Assembly (NCBI RefSeq): GCF_964204645.1
Contig: NC_134035.1
Location: forward strand, 11,130,451 to 11,194,450
Direction of reading: 5' to 3'
Origin: Tubulanus polymorphus
Taxonomy: Eukaryota; Animalia; Nemertea
Length of the DNA: 64,000 nt
A program made the position numbers and the translations under genes. Below, piece by piece: positions 14,155-26,285 of the stretch (position 1 is its first letter; each line of letters starts with the position of its first letter). The notes beneath the pieces are model-generated. The model was not told the DNA's origin. It saw only the letters and a list, made by a program, of their open reading frames with translations, and searched no databases.

Positions 14155-14540
14155 GCTGTGGCTACTCGTACGGATTACTCTGGAGGCTATTCGTACGGGA
14201 CTAGGATCTGTACGCTTATAACTGTCGCTGATTGGCCGATTAACAGCGCGCATGCGTACAGAGGTGCGCGACTTAGAAAATTCAAGGAAAGTGTGGAGAA
14301 TAGAGTTAGAGAAAAATAGCGGATAGAGCGAGACTCGAACCCGGCCCAGTAAATTACTAGCGCAGTATCATACCACTAGACCACCGAGCTCGCTGACAGT
14401 CGGTCGAATGTTTTAACTACATATAGCCTCACCTTACCCTAACCCTATCCCTTCGCATACACATAATTCCAGAGTTATCCGACGGGTGCGTACGAATAGC
14501 CTACGGAATTATTCGTACGGGTCCGTATGAGTAGCCACTT
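14155..14540. mobile_element. Non-autonomous element with inverted repeats enclosing a tRNA-derived core and telomere-like repeats
   Basis: gtggctactcgtacgga..aggctattcgtacg versus cgtacgaatagcct..tccgtatgagtagccac. Minus-strand A-box TGGTCTAGTGG and B-box GGTTCGAGTC at ~14325-14390; ccttaccctaaccctatccct at ~14432-14452. Confidence 0.55.
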
Positions 14541-16290
14541 CGTATAAGTTAAGAGTACCGTATCGTAGTGTGTAATAAAAGAGTTGTATTGTAGTGTGTA
14601 GTAATAAAGAGTTGATTGGATTGAAATTTGGTTTGTGCCGCGAAAATATTCGAAGCGCGCAAAGTTCGGTGTTCTGAATTGTGGAAAATATCTCATACTA
14701 ACCTTTATTGTCCTCGCGAGTTATTTATTCATGGATTGATAAGTGCTTCGATAATCGATGAAACCAAACAAACTGAAACTCACTTATTTACTTCCGGGTT
14801 GCCGATGTGGCCGTACTCTAGTGACTTGCATTGACTATCAAATGGCAATTCAATTCAATTCTGATTTATTGTAACCGAGACTATAGAAGACTGGACGGAC
14901 AGTGCCAGTTGCTAGTTGCTCGTTGCTAATTGCTAGTTGCTGTTTACAGTTGCTATTTGCAAATTGCCAAATGCTAGGTGCAAATGTTTGTTGCCAAATA
15001 TGGAAGCGCTGAACATGCCAGTTGTTTGCATCCTCGCTTGCCAGGGTTTGGCACCCGGCTAAAGTGTCAAATGCGTAGTGCCAGTTGAACAATATATTTT
15101 CAATGACACACAATTATGAACTCATTTAAAACTTGGCCTTTTCTTATTTTTGAATGGAGAGAATGAGTTAAACTCTCTACTCAAGTCACATGTTTATTCG
15201 GCAATGCGTTCGTTTAATGAGTACAGCGCATGAGAAAAATTCCAGGGAAGACTTAATGTGTCCAGCCAGGCGGCTATAGCATGATTCTGCCTGAAGCCAC
15301 AAGCTTTATAGGCCTATCCATGTAATCCTAAATAAAACCGGGTGGTATCAAGACTACCACGACACGAAACCCTGCAGGTGCGCAGTTGAGATGATGTCAT
15401 TATTTTCCAATAAAATCACGTTATATTTCAGCCCGGGTTTATCAAATTTTATTTTTGCGTGAATTTTGCCTCAAAGATTGTACGACAAGCAATTTGATTG
15501 GCTAACACGGGACGCAGTTTTCTTTCAGGCTTTGTTTTTCATATGAACTCTGAATCGATATTGGAGACTGAGTCTCGCGATGCCATAAACTAATTGTTTT
15601 TATAAAAGAGAAAAATTACCCAATAATGTAGGTTAAGTTTGTCATAATTCATCCAAGGGACAATTATGATATCAAATGAGTGGATCAAGGGTAACTTGGC
15701 AGTCAAAAATTCATGTTCGTATCCGTAGCAAACTTGGCTCCCTTGTCATTTGTAAGGGATTTTAAAAATGAGACACAAGCTACATCATTTTTGGGCTCCT
15801 CCACAAACATTCCGAATAACTGCTATCTTGTCAATCTAGACTTTGAGTGGGAATTTAACAATACCGGTACACGCGGAGGCTTGCAATGAATATATCATCA
15901 TAAATATATTGATGTTGACAAAATCCGAAACGGGTTTTAGGCAAACCTCTGAAAAAATAGCACTGAATTTCTAAAGCAACAATAGACTATGGAAAATGAA
16001 AATAGAAAATTGATTTTACAAATAGATCTATATAGAAATTATGCGTAGACCAATTCAAACCAGTTCGATCTTTCATGCTATATTGTCCGCAGTCTAATGC
16101 TTTTATTACACAATTTGAGTTTATCAATAGATGAATGTAATGAGACATCAATACTCTGTGTGGGTAGATCGTCAGAATGAGAACTAATGTAATCTTAATC
16201 ATGAAAATTGTGGCGCTACATCAGGAGAGAAGCATCGACCTATGGTCACAATTACGCACTTTTCAGAAAACAAGAAGCGACACAGAACGA

Positions 16291-17241
16291 ATGAATATCT
16301 CAATTTACAGCGAACCGGCACTCATGTCGTACGCGTATAAATGGATAATCAAAGCGTTTTTTCTGCCTCCGCTGATCATATTAGGCACCGCTTTTAATGC
16401 CATGGTAATCATCGTATATCATAAAATGAATACTAGAAACCGCTGCTTTGATTTACTGAAATATCTCGCAGTAACTGACTCGGTTTATTTGATGGTGACG
16501 TTCATTCTGGACCCGGTGAGGTATTACGTGCACTATGCGAACTGCGGTGAAACGGTCATACTGTTTCCTGCTTTACGAATCTCTCCTGCTATATACATAT
16601 AGATTTCTATGTTCAGTAAAGGTATTTTAATGTTTCGTAACTATTTAACTTTTATAATTCAATGCGAAAGATTGGTTACTATTACTTTTCCAATGCACGA
16701 AAAGTGCAGCCTAAACTCATTCGTCATCGCTACGTTTGTATTGTCGATGTCATTATGTTCTTACTATCCGATCACAATGAGGATAAAATTGCAACTCAGT
16801 TACAGAGGTTTTCTTTGCATTCATTACAAAGCTTACACTGCCGGAATTTATAAACAAATTCGTAAAATCATGAACAGCTACGTCGATCCAATCACCCGCG
16901 TTTTCCTTCCGAATATCTTAGTTTTCATGGTAAATGCAGCTCTCCTTTTTGTCCTAAGAATCAAATCCAAGCAACGGAAATCACTCTCAGCGACCAGGAT
17001 CTTACCATCTCAAAGTCAGAAGAAGCCCACTAAAATAGTGCTTACAATGAGTATCATTTTCACGATCCTAGAATTCCCGGGATTGCTAGGCAAGATCGGT
17101 CAAAAGGAATTTTACAAGCAGATTTTTAATGCGATTTACTTGCTTTCGTCGATTCTAAATTCCTGTATTAATATCATTATTTACACAGTCGTCAACGGTA
17201 AATTAAGATATATTTTGTTTCGCCTTTTGAAAATCAACTAA
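16291..17241 (+). pseudogene. Intronless rhodopsin-family (class A, peptide-receptor/chemoreceptor-like) GPCR interrupted by a single in-frame TAG
   Basis: ORFs 16177-16602 and 16609-17241 are in the same frame. TM1 GTAFN, TM2 LAVTD, TM3 CERL, TM5 FLP, TM6 FTILEFP, TM7 NSCINIIIY; stop at 16600-16602. Confidence 0.8.
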
Positions 17242-17489
17242 CTTTCTGACCATATTCTTGTATGATGTAAAGTTTAAATACAGTAGTGGAATATTTATCT
17301 TGTACAATTATCATCTAATTTTCTTGTTTTTTTTTACATACCGATGACATTATCGGCCGAATTTTCTGTTGGACGAAATCAAATTCTAGGTGTTTCCAAT
17401 ATATAAGGCCTGTGAATAGAATATCGATCTGTTGTATTTGTACATGATTGAGGAGCAATAAATATATGTTCAAATTCAAGATCGGGTTT

Positions 17490-18035
17490 CACATAAATCA
17501 CAGGCTATTCATCTCTGTTATGATAATAATTCAGAAATGAATTCGTCTGATCAGAAAACTTCAAATGATCAGGAATACAATGTTACGATCATGCTTGTAA
17601 CAGTTTCACTAGTGTATGCAATGTTTGTATACTTCCTAACTCTATTGCGATTTTCACACCAATCTCCACAAACTACCAAAGCAGCCAATTTTCATCATAT
17701 AATTATTCGTATGTATGTATTCATATGTATGCGTGGATTTCTTCAAATTGAATTATTTACCAATATTAACAGCAAGTCTGTGGATTCTGGTGAATGATGA
17801 ATTCTACCCGAGAACAGTTTTTTTCTTCCCGAGCAGTTTGTTGTTGGCCGATCTTACAACAACATGGTTCTTATGTAGTTGAAAAACAAACCGGGCAGAT
17901 ACCTTACACTTTCTATCGTCCTTTTGCTATTTTGTTCCTGTCAGGTGAATTTGGGAATTCAGCTACTTTCTTCATAATGATAAGTCACTATATTTCATAG
18001 TTAGGGCATACGCTAACTATCTGATCGCATTTTTC
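17490..18035 (+). pseudogene. Fragments of GPCR paralogues (a TM5-6 piece, then a TM1-2 piece)
   Basis: MNSSDQKTSN..VTIMLVTVSL matches MVSSDKKTTN..ITIMLVTVSL of the 18365 gene; LFLSGEFGNSATFFIMISH..YANYLIA matches LFLFGAFGNSATFRIMISQ..YANYLIA. Confidence 0.75.
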
Positions 18036-18364
18036 TTACAGATTTTCGTGCAAGTAAAACTTGTTTATTAAATCAACTAATCTATATTTACAAAAGTAGC
18101 ATATTTGTGTATATTGGGCTTTTTTCTTATTATCTGTTCTCCACGTCTGAGTGTAGAATCTACTACTGAATAGATTATTACATTGCATTTTCCAGAATTG
18201 ATTTTTCATTCGTGGAGTTATAGAAAACATATGTACACACAAACTAAAGAAATAATCCTTAATCATATCAGTGAGGATTTCTTTCTCGTTGAAGCAATAC
18301 GTCAAATGAACCAGAAGCACAATTATATTGAAATAGTCATAATACTTAATAGACGTTGCGAATC

Positions 18365-19324
18365 ATGACGAATTCTTCAGAGATGCAGATAGTTGGTCGA
18401 CCGTATAGCAGTTATATCGTTCTTATGTCCGTGGAGAACAAGTCCGGTATCTACCGTACTGTGTCAATGGTCATTCTGGTGCTCTTGTTCCTGTTTGGAG
18501 CCTTCGGAAATTCAGCCACTTTCAGGATAATGATAAGTCAGAGATTCCGCAACTTATCTTACGCAAACTATCTTATCGCTTTGTCCCTCTGTGATTTAAT
18601 GTACTGTTTCAATTCCGCACTGATGCCTGTTTTACAGTTTATTTTCTTGCACGTAAACATTGGTCCTATATACCTGGTGAATTCACTGATAAATTGTCGA
18701 ATATACGAATTTTTGATGTCATTCGTTGGTGCAAATAGTTCGTGGTTAATACTAGCTGTATCTCTGGAACGTGCGGCAATTGTGCTCTTCCCGTTCACAT
18801 CTCGTTTGATATGTACACCGAAATTCGCCCGATGCATCATTAGTATAATTTTTGTAATGAACCCGTTGATAATAGTGATTCATCCAACTCTAATTATGAA
18901 GTATTCTTACCAGTTTTTCGGATGTTATTATGAGTTATTTGACCAGTTCATGCATTTCCTCTCATACAGTGTCTATGCATATTCTTTGCCTTTAGCTCTG
19001 ATAATCATATCAAATTCTGTTATAATAGTTCAGTTGTTCAGAGGTTCAGAAATGGTTTCGTCTGATAAGAAAACTACAAATGCAAAACGTATTACAATAA
19101 TGCTTGTAACAGTTTCACTCGCGTTTGCGATATGCACACTCCCATCTACCATAACTGTATTCCTACCAATCTCCTCAGTCCGAAACGAATTTTTCTTAGA
19201 CATATTCAGTCATTTTCTATTATGTAACTATTCGATTAATTTCTACATATATATTTTACTGGGACGAGAAATTCGTGAATATTTCTGCGCAAAATTCCTT
19301 TGTCGATTTCGCCACAACGAATAA
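18365..19324 (+). CDS. Intronless rhodopsin-family orphan GPCR (peptide-receptor/chemoreceptor-like), 319 aa
   Basis: 7 hydrophobic segments; GN (TM1), LSLCD (TM2), SLERA (DRY variant), LP (TM5), FAICTLP (TM6), NYSINFYIY (NPxxY variant), helix-8 REIREYF. First ATG at 18365. Confidence 0.9.
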   Translation: MTNSSEMQIVGRPYSSYIVLMSVENKSGIYRTVSMVILVLLFLFGAFGNSATFRIMISQRFRNLSYANYLIALSLCDLMYCFNSALMPVLQFIFLHVNIGPIYLVNSLINCRIYEFLMSFVGANSSWLILAVSLERAAIVLFPFTSRLICTPKFARCIISIIFVMNPLIIVIHPTLIMKYSYQFFGCYYELFDQFMHFLSYSVYAYSLPLALIIISNSVIIVQLFRGSEMVSSDKKTTNAKRITIMLVTVSLAFAICTLPSTITVFLPISSVRNEFFLDIFSHFLLCNYSINFYIYILLGREIREYFCAKFLCRFRHNE

Positions 19325-19689
19325 CGTTATAGCAAAAATTATTTCCTTTCATACGAGACAATATCCTTTACAAATTGCCTTCGTTAAGGTAGTATATTGA
19401 AACGAATTCTAAATTAGGTTTAGAAGCATAAGTTCCCTGATCAATAATCTGAATACATATCTACGAATATGATAGAAAAATGAAAATAAGTATTTAGTTA
19501 CGTTTGGTGATTTGATGTTCGGCGTTGAAGTATTGGGTCACGGAACCGCAGACGACAAATCTACGTATCTGAAATGACCAGTGTAACCCTGGCTAGAAAG
19601 ACTTCAGTTATCAATCTAAACAGCTCTGTAGGAGACTCAACGAGAATCTGCAGTGCTCTTCAGTTTACTGATCAGTATTTTCAATGTTA

Positions 19690-20110
19690 CTGAATATTAC
19701 AAAATAATCATTACAATCATTATACTTTCCATGACAAACAGCTGTCTTGGGGTTATCATTCTAAAAATAATTTAATTTCATACATATCTCGATGAACCAA
19801 AGACTATTTTTGTTGGAAATATTCGGCCAAATCCTTCTATCTAACTACTCCATTAACTTTTACATATATCTTTTACTGGGAAGAGAAATTCGTGAATATT
19901 TCTGTACAAAGATTAGTCGCGTATCAATGAGGCATTAAAGGGATTATTGCAACGAGTGTATTGGTAATCGGTATTCTGAGATTGTGACTGATCATTACCT
20001 GGCTGTTATTGTACTATGAATCATCAGACCAGGTTGCATTTTTCCGTCATTGTTATTCGAAACGTAAAAACAACAATGCTTGTGACAGTGTCTCTCGTAT
20101 ATGCAACATT
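19690..20110 (+). pseudogene. Further decayed GPCR paralogue fragments
   Basis: ctaactactccattaacttttacatatatcttttactgggaagagaaattcgtgaatatttctg (~19841-19903) is nearly identical to the TM7/helix-8 segment of the 18365 gene; acaatgcttgtgacagtgtctctcg (~20073) matches TM6. Confidence 0.7.
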
Positions 20111-21886
20111 CCGCAACTCCTTTCTTACAGATTTCCATGCAAGAAAAACTAGTTTATTGATATTTACAGAAAGCAGCACCGCAAAATCAATTTAAACTAC
20201 AATTAACAAAGCAAAATTAACTAATTGATGTTAACAATAAGTAGTATTTAGAGCAAAATCAAATAACATTAACAATTTAAGGTGGCAAAGTGGAATCCCA
20301 ATGATATCTAGAAATGTAAACAGAATCAAAAGTTGAACGGTTAATGGTCATTTCAAGTATCATCGAATGACGTTCATACAGAACATTTTCGATACAAGTA
20401 TTAGTGGGGATAAGGAATCGTTTACATATTGTGCAATCAGTTTGTAAATCACATCTATATAAGAATCGTATATAAGATGGTTTTCTAAATCATCATCAGT
20501 GGTATTGACTAAACTTTTGTATTTGAGAACATTTAGTGCCGCCCATCCTCGCTTGCCAGGGGTCAGGTATCACTCCCGAACTCGCTTCCACCAGCGAACA
20601 GCTTTAGCGTAGTGGGTTCGAATCCCTTGACGGGTGAAGATGAGTGCTGCCAGGAGAAAGATGAAATATGTAACTGGCGTTCTTTTCGTAGTGAACTGCA
20701 TTCAAGTAGCACTTGAAATTCATCAGCTATGAATTGACTGTGAAACCCCTGCAGGTTGCAACCTGCTAAGCCAGGACAGGTTATAATGTTGATAAAGTAA
20801 CATGCAACATGTAAAAATGAATTCGTTCGAAAAACCGATCCCTATTTTTATGGGCTATGCGTATTCAACCTGATGATTATACATTTTCGACGTATTTTGA
20901 ACAACTGCTACTGTCTGGCTAAAGCTTAGTTTAACAAAAAACTGGCGATTAATGCGGAAAAAACATTCGTCGCAAAAACATCTGCGTGATAGACAGCTCG
21001 GATATCATTAACATAATCATTTTTTTCCGTAACAATCGTTTTAAAAATAAAGCTCCACACTGTATGAATATAGAATCTGTCTGAAAACGCAAATATAACA
21101 CCTAAAAGGCGGTCGTCAATATGATGTTGAATTTATTAAGAGTGGTTCGATACTATATTTCTAAGTTAAAATTACTTTGCATTGTGTAATTAAGGGTATG
21201 AAGGATACTAGCGAAACTAGTTTGTTATTCAAAAATCTTTTCGACACCGAAAAAACCGTTATATTAATGTTTGTATGACTATGCTATACGAGGTTCTATG
21301 CGCATCGATATGCACTACGTCATCAATATTTGCGGTTCAAAATAATCATATATTACAATTGTGAATAAATATTCGGCGTTTATTTTGTTATCATAGATTT
21401 TTTTTTTTTTCACAAGAGAAATTCCGCCATTTTGTTCGCAGTGCGCATGCTCTTTGTTAAATACACGTGGAATCACTAAGCGCATTGGTCGAGAGCAATG
21501 TCGCTGTATAGACTATAGGTCTGTATCCCCAGCTTATCGAATGGAAAACCTCCCCATCAAGTGGTCAACCTAGCGTTTTTGTAAACTGGCCAATGGTCAA
21601 CTTACAGAAAATATCTTATTGATGAGTCATCGGGATTAATATAGAATTGCATCAGAAATCAACATTTGGGGATCTGCCCAACTAAAAAAGAATTATCAGA
21701 TCTAATTTCCAAGCCACATTTTCCAATTCTTCATTGGCCTTTCTCTTTGATATTGAATTAATTTGATACGTATATATTTCTTTAATACGTCAAAAATGTT
21801 TGAGTTCAAATTATTGAAATTGTGAAATTCTTTGAAACACTCTTGTGAAAAAATCGCATGTGCACTACCTCATCGATATGTCGGGG

Positions 21887-22352
21887 TTAGACCGGCTGTA
21901 GACTGGTTACCGGTCTCTATCTTCAATTAGACTGGTTGCCTGTCCCATTCAATGGAGATCTAAAGGCGTTTTTATTTAAGCAACTCGAATCAAATCGGAT
22001 CGAATCGCCCATTTATTTAAGCAACGCGCCTACAACGATTTGCCTACAACGTCCATTTATTTAACCAAATATCCAACGCGAGTACCCAACGCGACCAAAT
22101 CGCTCATCGAAGCGCTTTGATTCGATTTGCTACGACTGTGGAGCGTTCGGTGATAGATCAAAAACAAAATGGCGGCTTTTTCAATCGCCGAAAATTCAGG
22201 TTCCGGTTGTGGGAGTAGGGTCATTTATTTAAGGTGATTCGATTTGTACCACGTGACAGTAATCGGCGGAGCAAAGCGATTTTATACGAGTTGCTTAAAT
22301 AAAAACACCTTAATTGAAGATAGAGACCGGTAACCAGTCTACACCGGTCTAA
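21887..22352. mobile_element. Nested MITEs (outer ~42-bp TIR, inner ~24-bp TIR at 21964-22310)
   Basis: Outer ttagaccggctgtagactggttaccggtctctatcttcaatta / taattgaagatagagaccggtaaccagtctacaccggtctaa; inner aggcgtttttatttaagcaactcg / cgagttgcttaaataaaaacacct. Confidence 0.8.
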
Positions 22353-22750
22353 GACTGTCTGCCGGTCAATTCAATTCAATCATGGATATAGTCAAATTCG
22401 AATTAACTTTATCCTTAAGGTCATACGATTTCATATCATGTTATTCATTATCGAAAATATTAAGCAATATATATGTTATTTTTCAAGGTGTCTATACATT
22501 TTTAAGTTAGTTTAGCTACACACTGAATTGATATAGAATAACACACCTAATCAATCTCTTAGTTTATTCATTCTTGTAATATTCACTTGTTTCATTCGGA
22601 AAAAAAGATGACGAAATGAAATGAAATAAACCCTCAACATCACAATCGTTTTCACTGACGTCACTGCATCTGTTGAAAATATAATCTACATGAACTGACC
22701 ACGTGTTGACAAAATATGCATTCAAGACAATATACATGTAAATGTGACTA

Positions 22751-23306
22751 TATTGGGGTGATAAATTAGTAGTTTGCATAGAGGGAGGGAAGCCAGAGTT
22801 CAGGGCAGTGGCTGAAGTTAGTAAACAACCTACGTAGATGCTTACGTCGCACACAAGACACTGAATAGAAGATAGGTGAAAGTGACGTGAGTATCTGCGT
22901 AGGGTTGCTGGTTATAGCGGCAGCCTTGAGCTCTGGTATGGCTAGGAAGTAAACAAGTAATAAACTCGTGACGTATAACATATGTAGAAGTATACGTCAC
23001 GAGTAACATGAAATAAGATAAAAAGGGAGGGTCAGCACAGTAAGGGGGAGAGAGATGCTAGAGTGGCGGAGAAGCCTAAAAATACGAGCTGTAGGAAGGA
23101 ATAAGCCTTGTGCGGGAAAATAAAGAAAGAACGTAGACCCACGAGAAGAGTTGTTATTATTCCGGAGTCAGAGGGATATCACTTATCGGATTAATCGGAA
23201 CCAACAACGACAACACGAGGGGAGAACGCAACGTGGCCCCCACAACAATTGGTTGAGAAACTCAACCCCACAACATTGTTGGAGAACCGAAAGCAACCCC
23301 ACAACA
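22751..23306. mobile_element. Solo LTR (556 bp) with 4-bp TSD
   Basis: Absent from the paralogous site at ~26310; flanked by ACTA/ACTA; ends tattggggt...accccacaaca (degenerate TG...CA with short inverted termini); internal AATAAA near 23119. Confidence 0.75.
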
Positions 23307-24025
23307 ACTACAAGACTTTCATGTGACACTCAAACAAAGGATTCATGAAAATAATGAAAAATAAATTATTTTTTCTGAACATAGTTCGTATAAGTTCTAC
23401 GTGCCTGAAAATATTCAGCACGATTATGTGAATATCCGATGCAACTTGGATGATTTATTCCAAAATTCTTCAAAGCTGCTTATGTAAAAACGCTCACTAC
23501 ACTATATGTAACGATAATTTTCTGCCTTTCATCAATTGTTGTGGATCGCATCAACAAGACGCTCAAAAAATCTGAGGTAGGTGACTAAGCTATATGAGCA
23601 GCAGAAGTAGGGGTGACTCAGGAATGAAACAGGGACTGGTTACACAGTTGTGGCTTAATTCCAAAAGTGTACTTAAATCTTTAGACTGGTCTTAAGTTGT
23701 TAGATTGGCTATAGAACTTAGTTGGTCTAAGACCAGTCTAAAGTCTTAGCCGTGACTATATGCAACCGGCCCCAGGTTCGTAACTACAGCGTGTGCATGC
23801 CTGTTGGGGATAGGTTTACCGCGACAGGGTTTCGCATGGAGGCAGTGTCATGATATGATGTCAGGTTCGAATGCCTACAGAGGGGTCTAGCGTTGCTTTC
23901 TGATTTCAAGGTCATAACATAACATTGACTCAAATACCATCTTTATCAGACAAAGAGAGTAGTAAAATAAATGAAAACAGCCAAAAGTTGCTGTAATCAG
24001 AGAAATTCTCATTTACTTTCAGAAT

Positions 24026-24327
24026 ATGTACAAGACTCTTTTCATCGCCTTGGCCTTGTTTATGGTCATTGGAGCCATCGCCGCAGAAGGTAACTTTTGT
24101 TCAAAATTATGCTGTGTAATTCCGACTGTAGTTTAATTGAATTCAAAACTAAACATATGTGAAGCTTGGAGAATGCGACTATTTTCAACATTGCTATTGC
24201 AGAAGTTGAGGTTGAAGAGAGAGGACTTCCTTGCTTCTGTAATGGAAAGAAGGGAACCTACTGGCTGATTGGTGGACCTAGCAGTGGCTGTTGCTCACGA
24301 TTGATGGGCAGATGCTGTCCTAACTAA
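24026..24327 (+). CDS. Secreted cysteine-rich peptide precursor 1 (APETx/BDS-like toxin or defensin candidate), exons 24026-24089 + 24203-24327, 62 aa
   Basis: MYKTLFIALALFMVIGAIAA-EEVEVEER-GLPCFCNGKKGTYWLIGGPSSGCCSRLMGRCCPN*; phase-1 GT-AG intron of 113 nt; acceptor tttcag 3 nt before the ATG; AATAAA at 24391. Confidence 0.88.
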
Positions 24328-25944
24328 CACCGATGCTCGATTTATTTCAATTATTCACCACATTGTTTAATTGGTTCAAGCTCGAAAAGGAATAAAAAAT
24401 GATCTGATCATAGAAATAGTTGTCTCTGAAGATCTGTTTTTCTGAAGCCTTTTAACAAGACAGGAAGACATTTATAAACTGCAGGTGGATAGAGGACGTC
24501 AACAAACGGGTCACATGTTTGCATTTTGTCTGGAAGCGTCGAACTTTTGAACGGGTAGACCCAGACTACAGAGTTGTACCTTTAGTAGGATTTCGACCGG
24601 AGGTCAACACTGATTGGTGTTCATGAAGTAATTCCAGACACTTTTCATAAAAATAATGCCAGTAATCTATTCGTAATTACATGTTATGACTATACACAAC
24701 GATTGGACACAAAACATGTAAAATGCAATCACACGCTCTCATGAGTCAACAACACAGCCGAAACGTTGTGGTTTCACTTCAATAGATTGTATTGGACTTT
24801 TCATCTGGTTACATCAGCGCTGTTGACACGAATAAGAATGTTTCATTCAACAACAACACAATCCTGCAGTTACATGTATAAATTTACATTTTCCTTCAAG
24901 CGTCAAGGGTATACAAAAATGATACCTTGTTTCTCCGCAGCGGCAGGGGTCACTTTTTTAAATATGATAAGATATGTAAACAATTCATTTCTATAGCGGC
25001 CGGGTCTGTTATGGTAAAATTGATCACGATTTAAAAAAAGTGATGTATAGGGTAGATAGACGGCCGGCCGGGTCAACTGATAAGCTCAGCAAAGCGGAGA
25101 AACAAGGTATCAATTTTTTTAGCCTTATTCAATAAGCTTTTGTGAAAATCTTGTCAAAAGTATTTTAGATTCATGTGATTTGATATAAACCAACTAATAT
25201 TTCTCCGGTCCAACAAAAAGCACACGTTGAGCGATAAATGTAATGGTACGATTTGCAGGGATGCAAAGATCCCCAAGTACGGTACAGAAATTTCACTGAC
25301 TATTGACCACTATTGACGGCTGACTGTTGTCATCGCAATCCGTACAACGACGCCCCCAGATCTTCGCTTTTGGTATCGTTTTCGACAGTAAATGGATTTT
25401 CATGCGGCCTTGGTGGCCATGTACGGATTCCTTCCGTTTTCGTTCGATCGGTGTTGATGAAGTTAGTTCATATTCGTATTGCTACAGGCCCGTAGCGTGA
25501 GATTTCGGCGGGGGGTTCTTTTTCCATAAATTGGGACCATATCGTGAGTTAAGCTGGAGGCGAAGCCTACAGCGCGAGCGCCGCAGGCGCGACGCCCACT
25601 GAGGGTGGTCTGGGATCACAAACATTTTTCAAAAAGAAGTGTTAAAACGTTTTCTGAGCGAGTCTGTAGACCGAATTTCAAGGGTCATTTTTCACGACGA
25701 AAACCTAACCGATACATAAAACAGTACCAGTAGAGTAGAATAAGCAAAATACATTTAGGCGCCTATGAATAACCTTACTAAATTTGAATATATTCCATGC
25801 TAATTCAATTAAAATGTTTGACTTTAATATGGGTGAAAGAGCTCATCTATGGGAGGGGACCGATCACGATTGGAAGAGCCTTCTTTCCACGATCAGAAAA
25901 CTTTCTGTCACAAACTGAACAGGGTATTCGAACTAGAGTGAGGC

Positions 25945-26285
25945 ACATCAAACAGTTTCGTATCAGTTCCGCTATCGACTTGAAATTTGATATCGCAATC
26001 ATTCACTTGCATCCGTGCATGTAAACCGCTTTCGTGTCAGCCTGCACAGCATTAAGCCAGCAGTCGTCTCCATAGTCGAGCGGTTTTTCACTCGAAATAT
26101 CCACTGCATGTATTTTCGACTTCTTACATTTTGCTTTAAAGTAATTCCGACCGTTACAGTTCTGACAGGTTTAACTATACGCGGGACATCTTTCTTTTCC
26201 AGCTGCATGTTTGTAACCACAGAAATCGCAGTCTGTAATTGGCTGGGTTTGATTCTTCGGTCTTCCCTTTCCTTTTGCAGCATGT
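25945..26285 (-). mobile_element. Ty3/gypsy (Mag-like) gag-protease fragment
   Basis: Minus-strand frame reads CDFCGYKHAAGKERCPAYS*TCQNCNGRNYFKAKC (double Zn knuckle) and then VNDCDIKFQVDSG (aspartic protease motif). It abuts the 5' breakpoint of duplicate copy 2. Confidence 0.75.

Noticed and set aside
14320-14392. tRNA gene on the minus strand
   Set aside because: A and B boxes are present but the acceptor and anticodon stems do not pair; it lies inside a repeat, so it is treated as tRNA-derived.
20595-20640. tRNA or SINE head (GGGTTCGAATCCC)
   Set aside because: Only a B-box; no cloverleaf and no second copy in the window to define an element.
24224-24327. Assignment of the peptides to inhibitor-cystine-knot toxins (e.g. 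alpha-nemertides, conotoxin framework VI/VII)
   Set aside because: ICK spacing is C-C-CC-C-C; these peptides are CxC-CC-CC with anemone defensin-fold-like sequence motifs.
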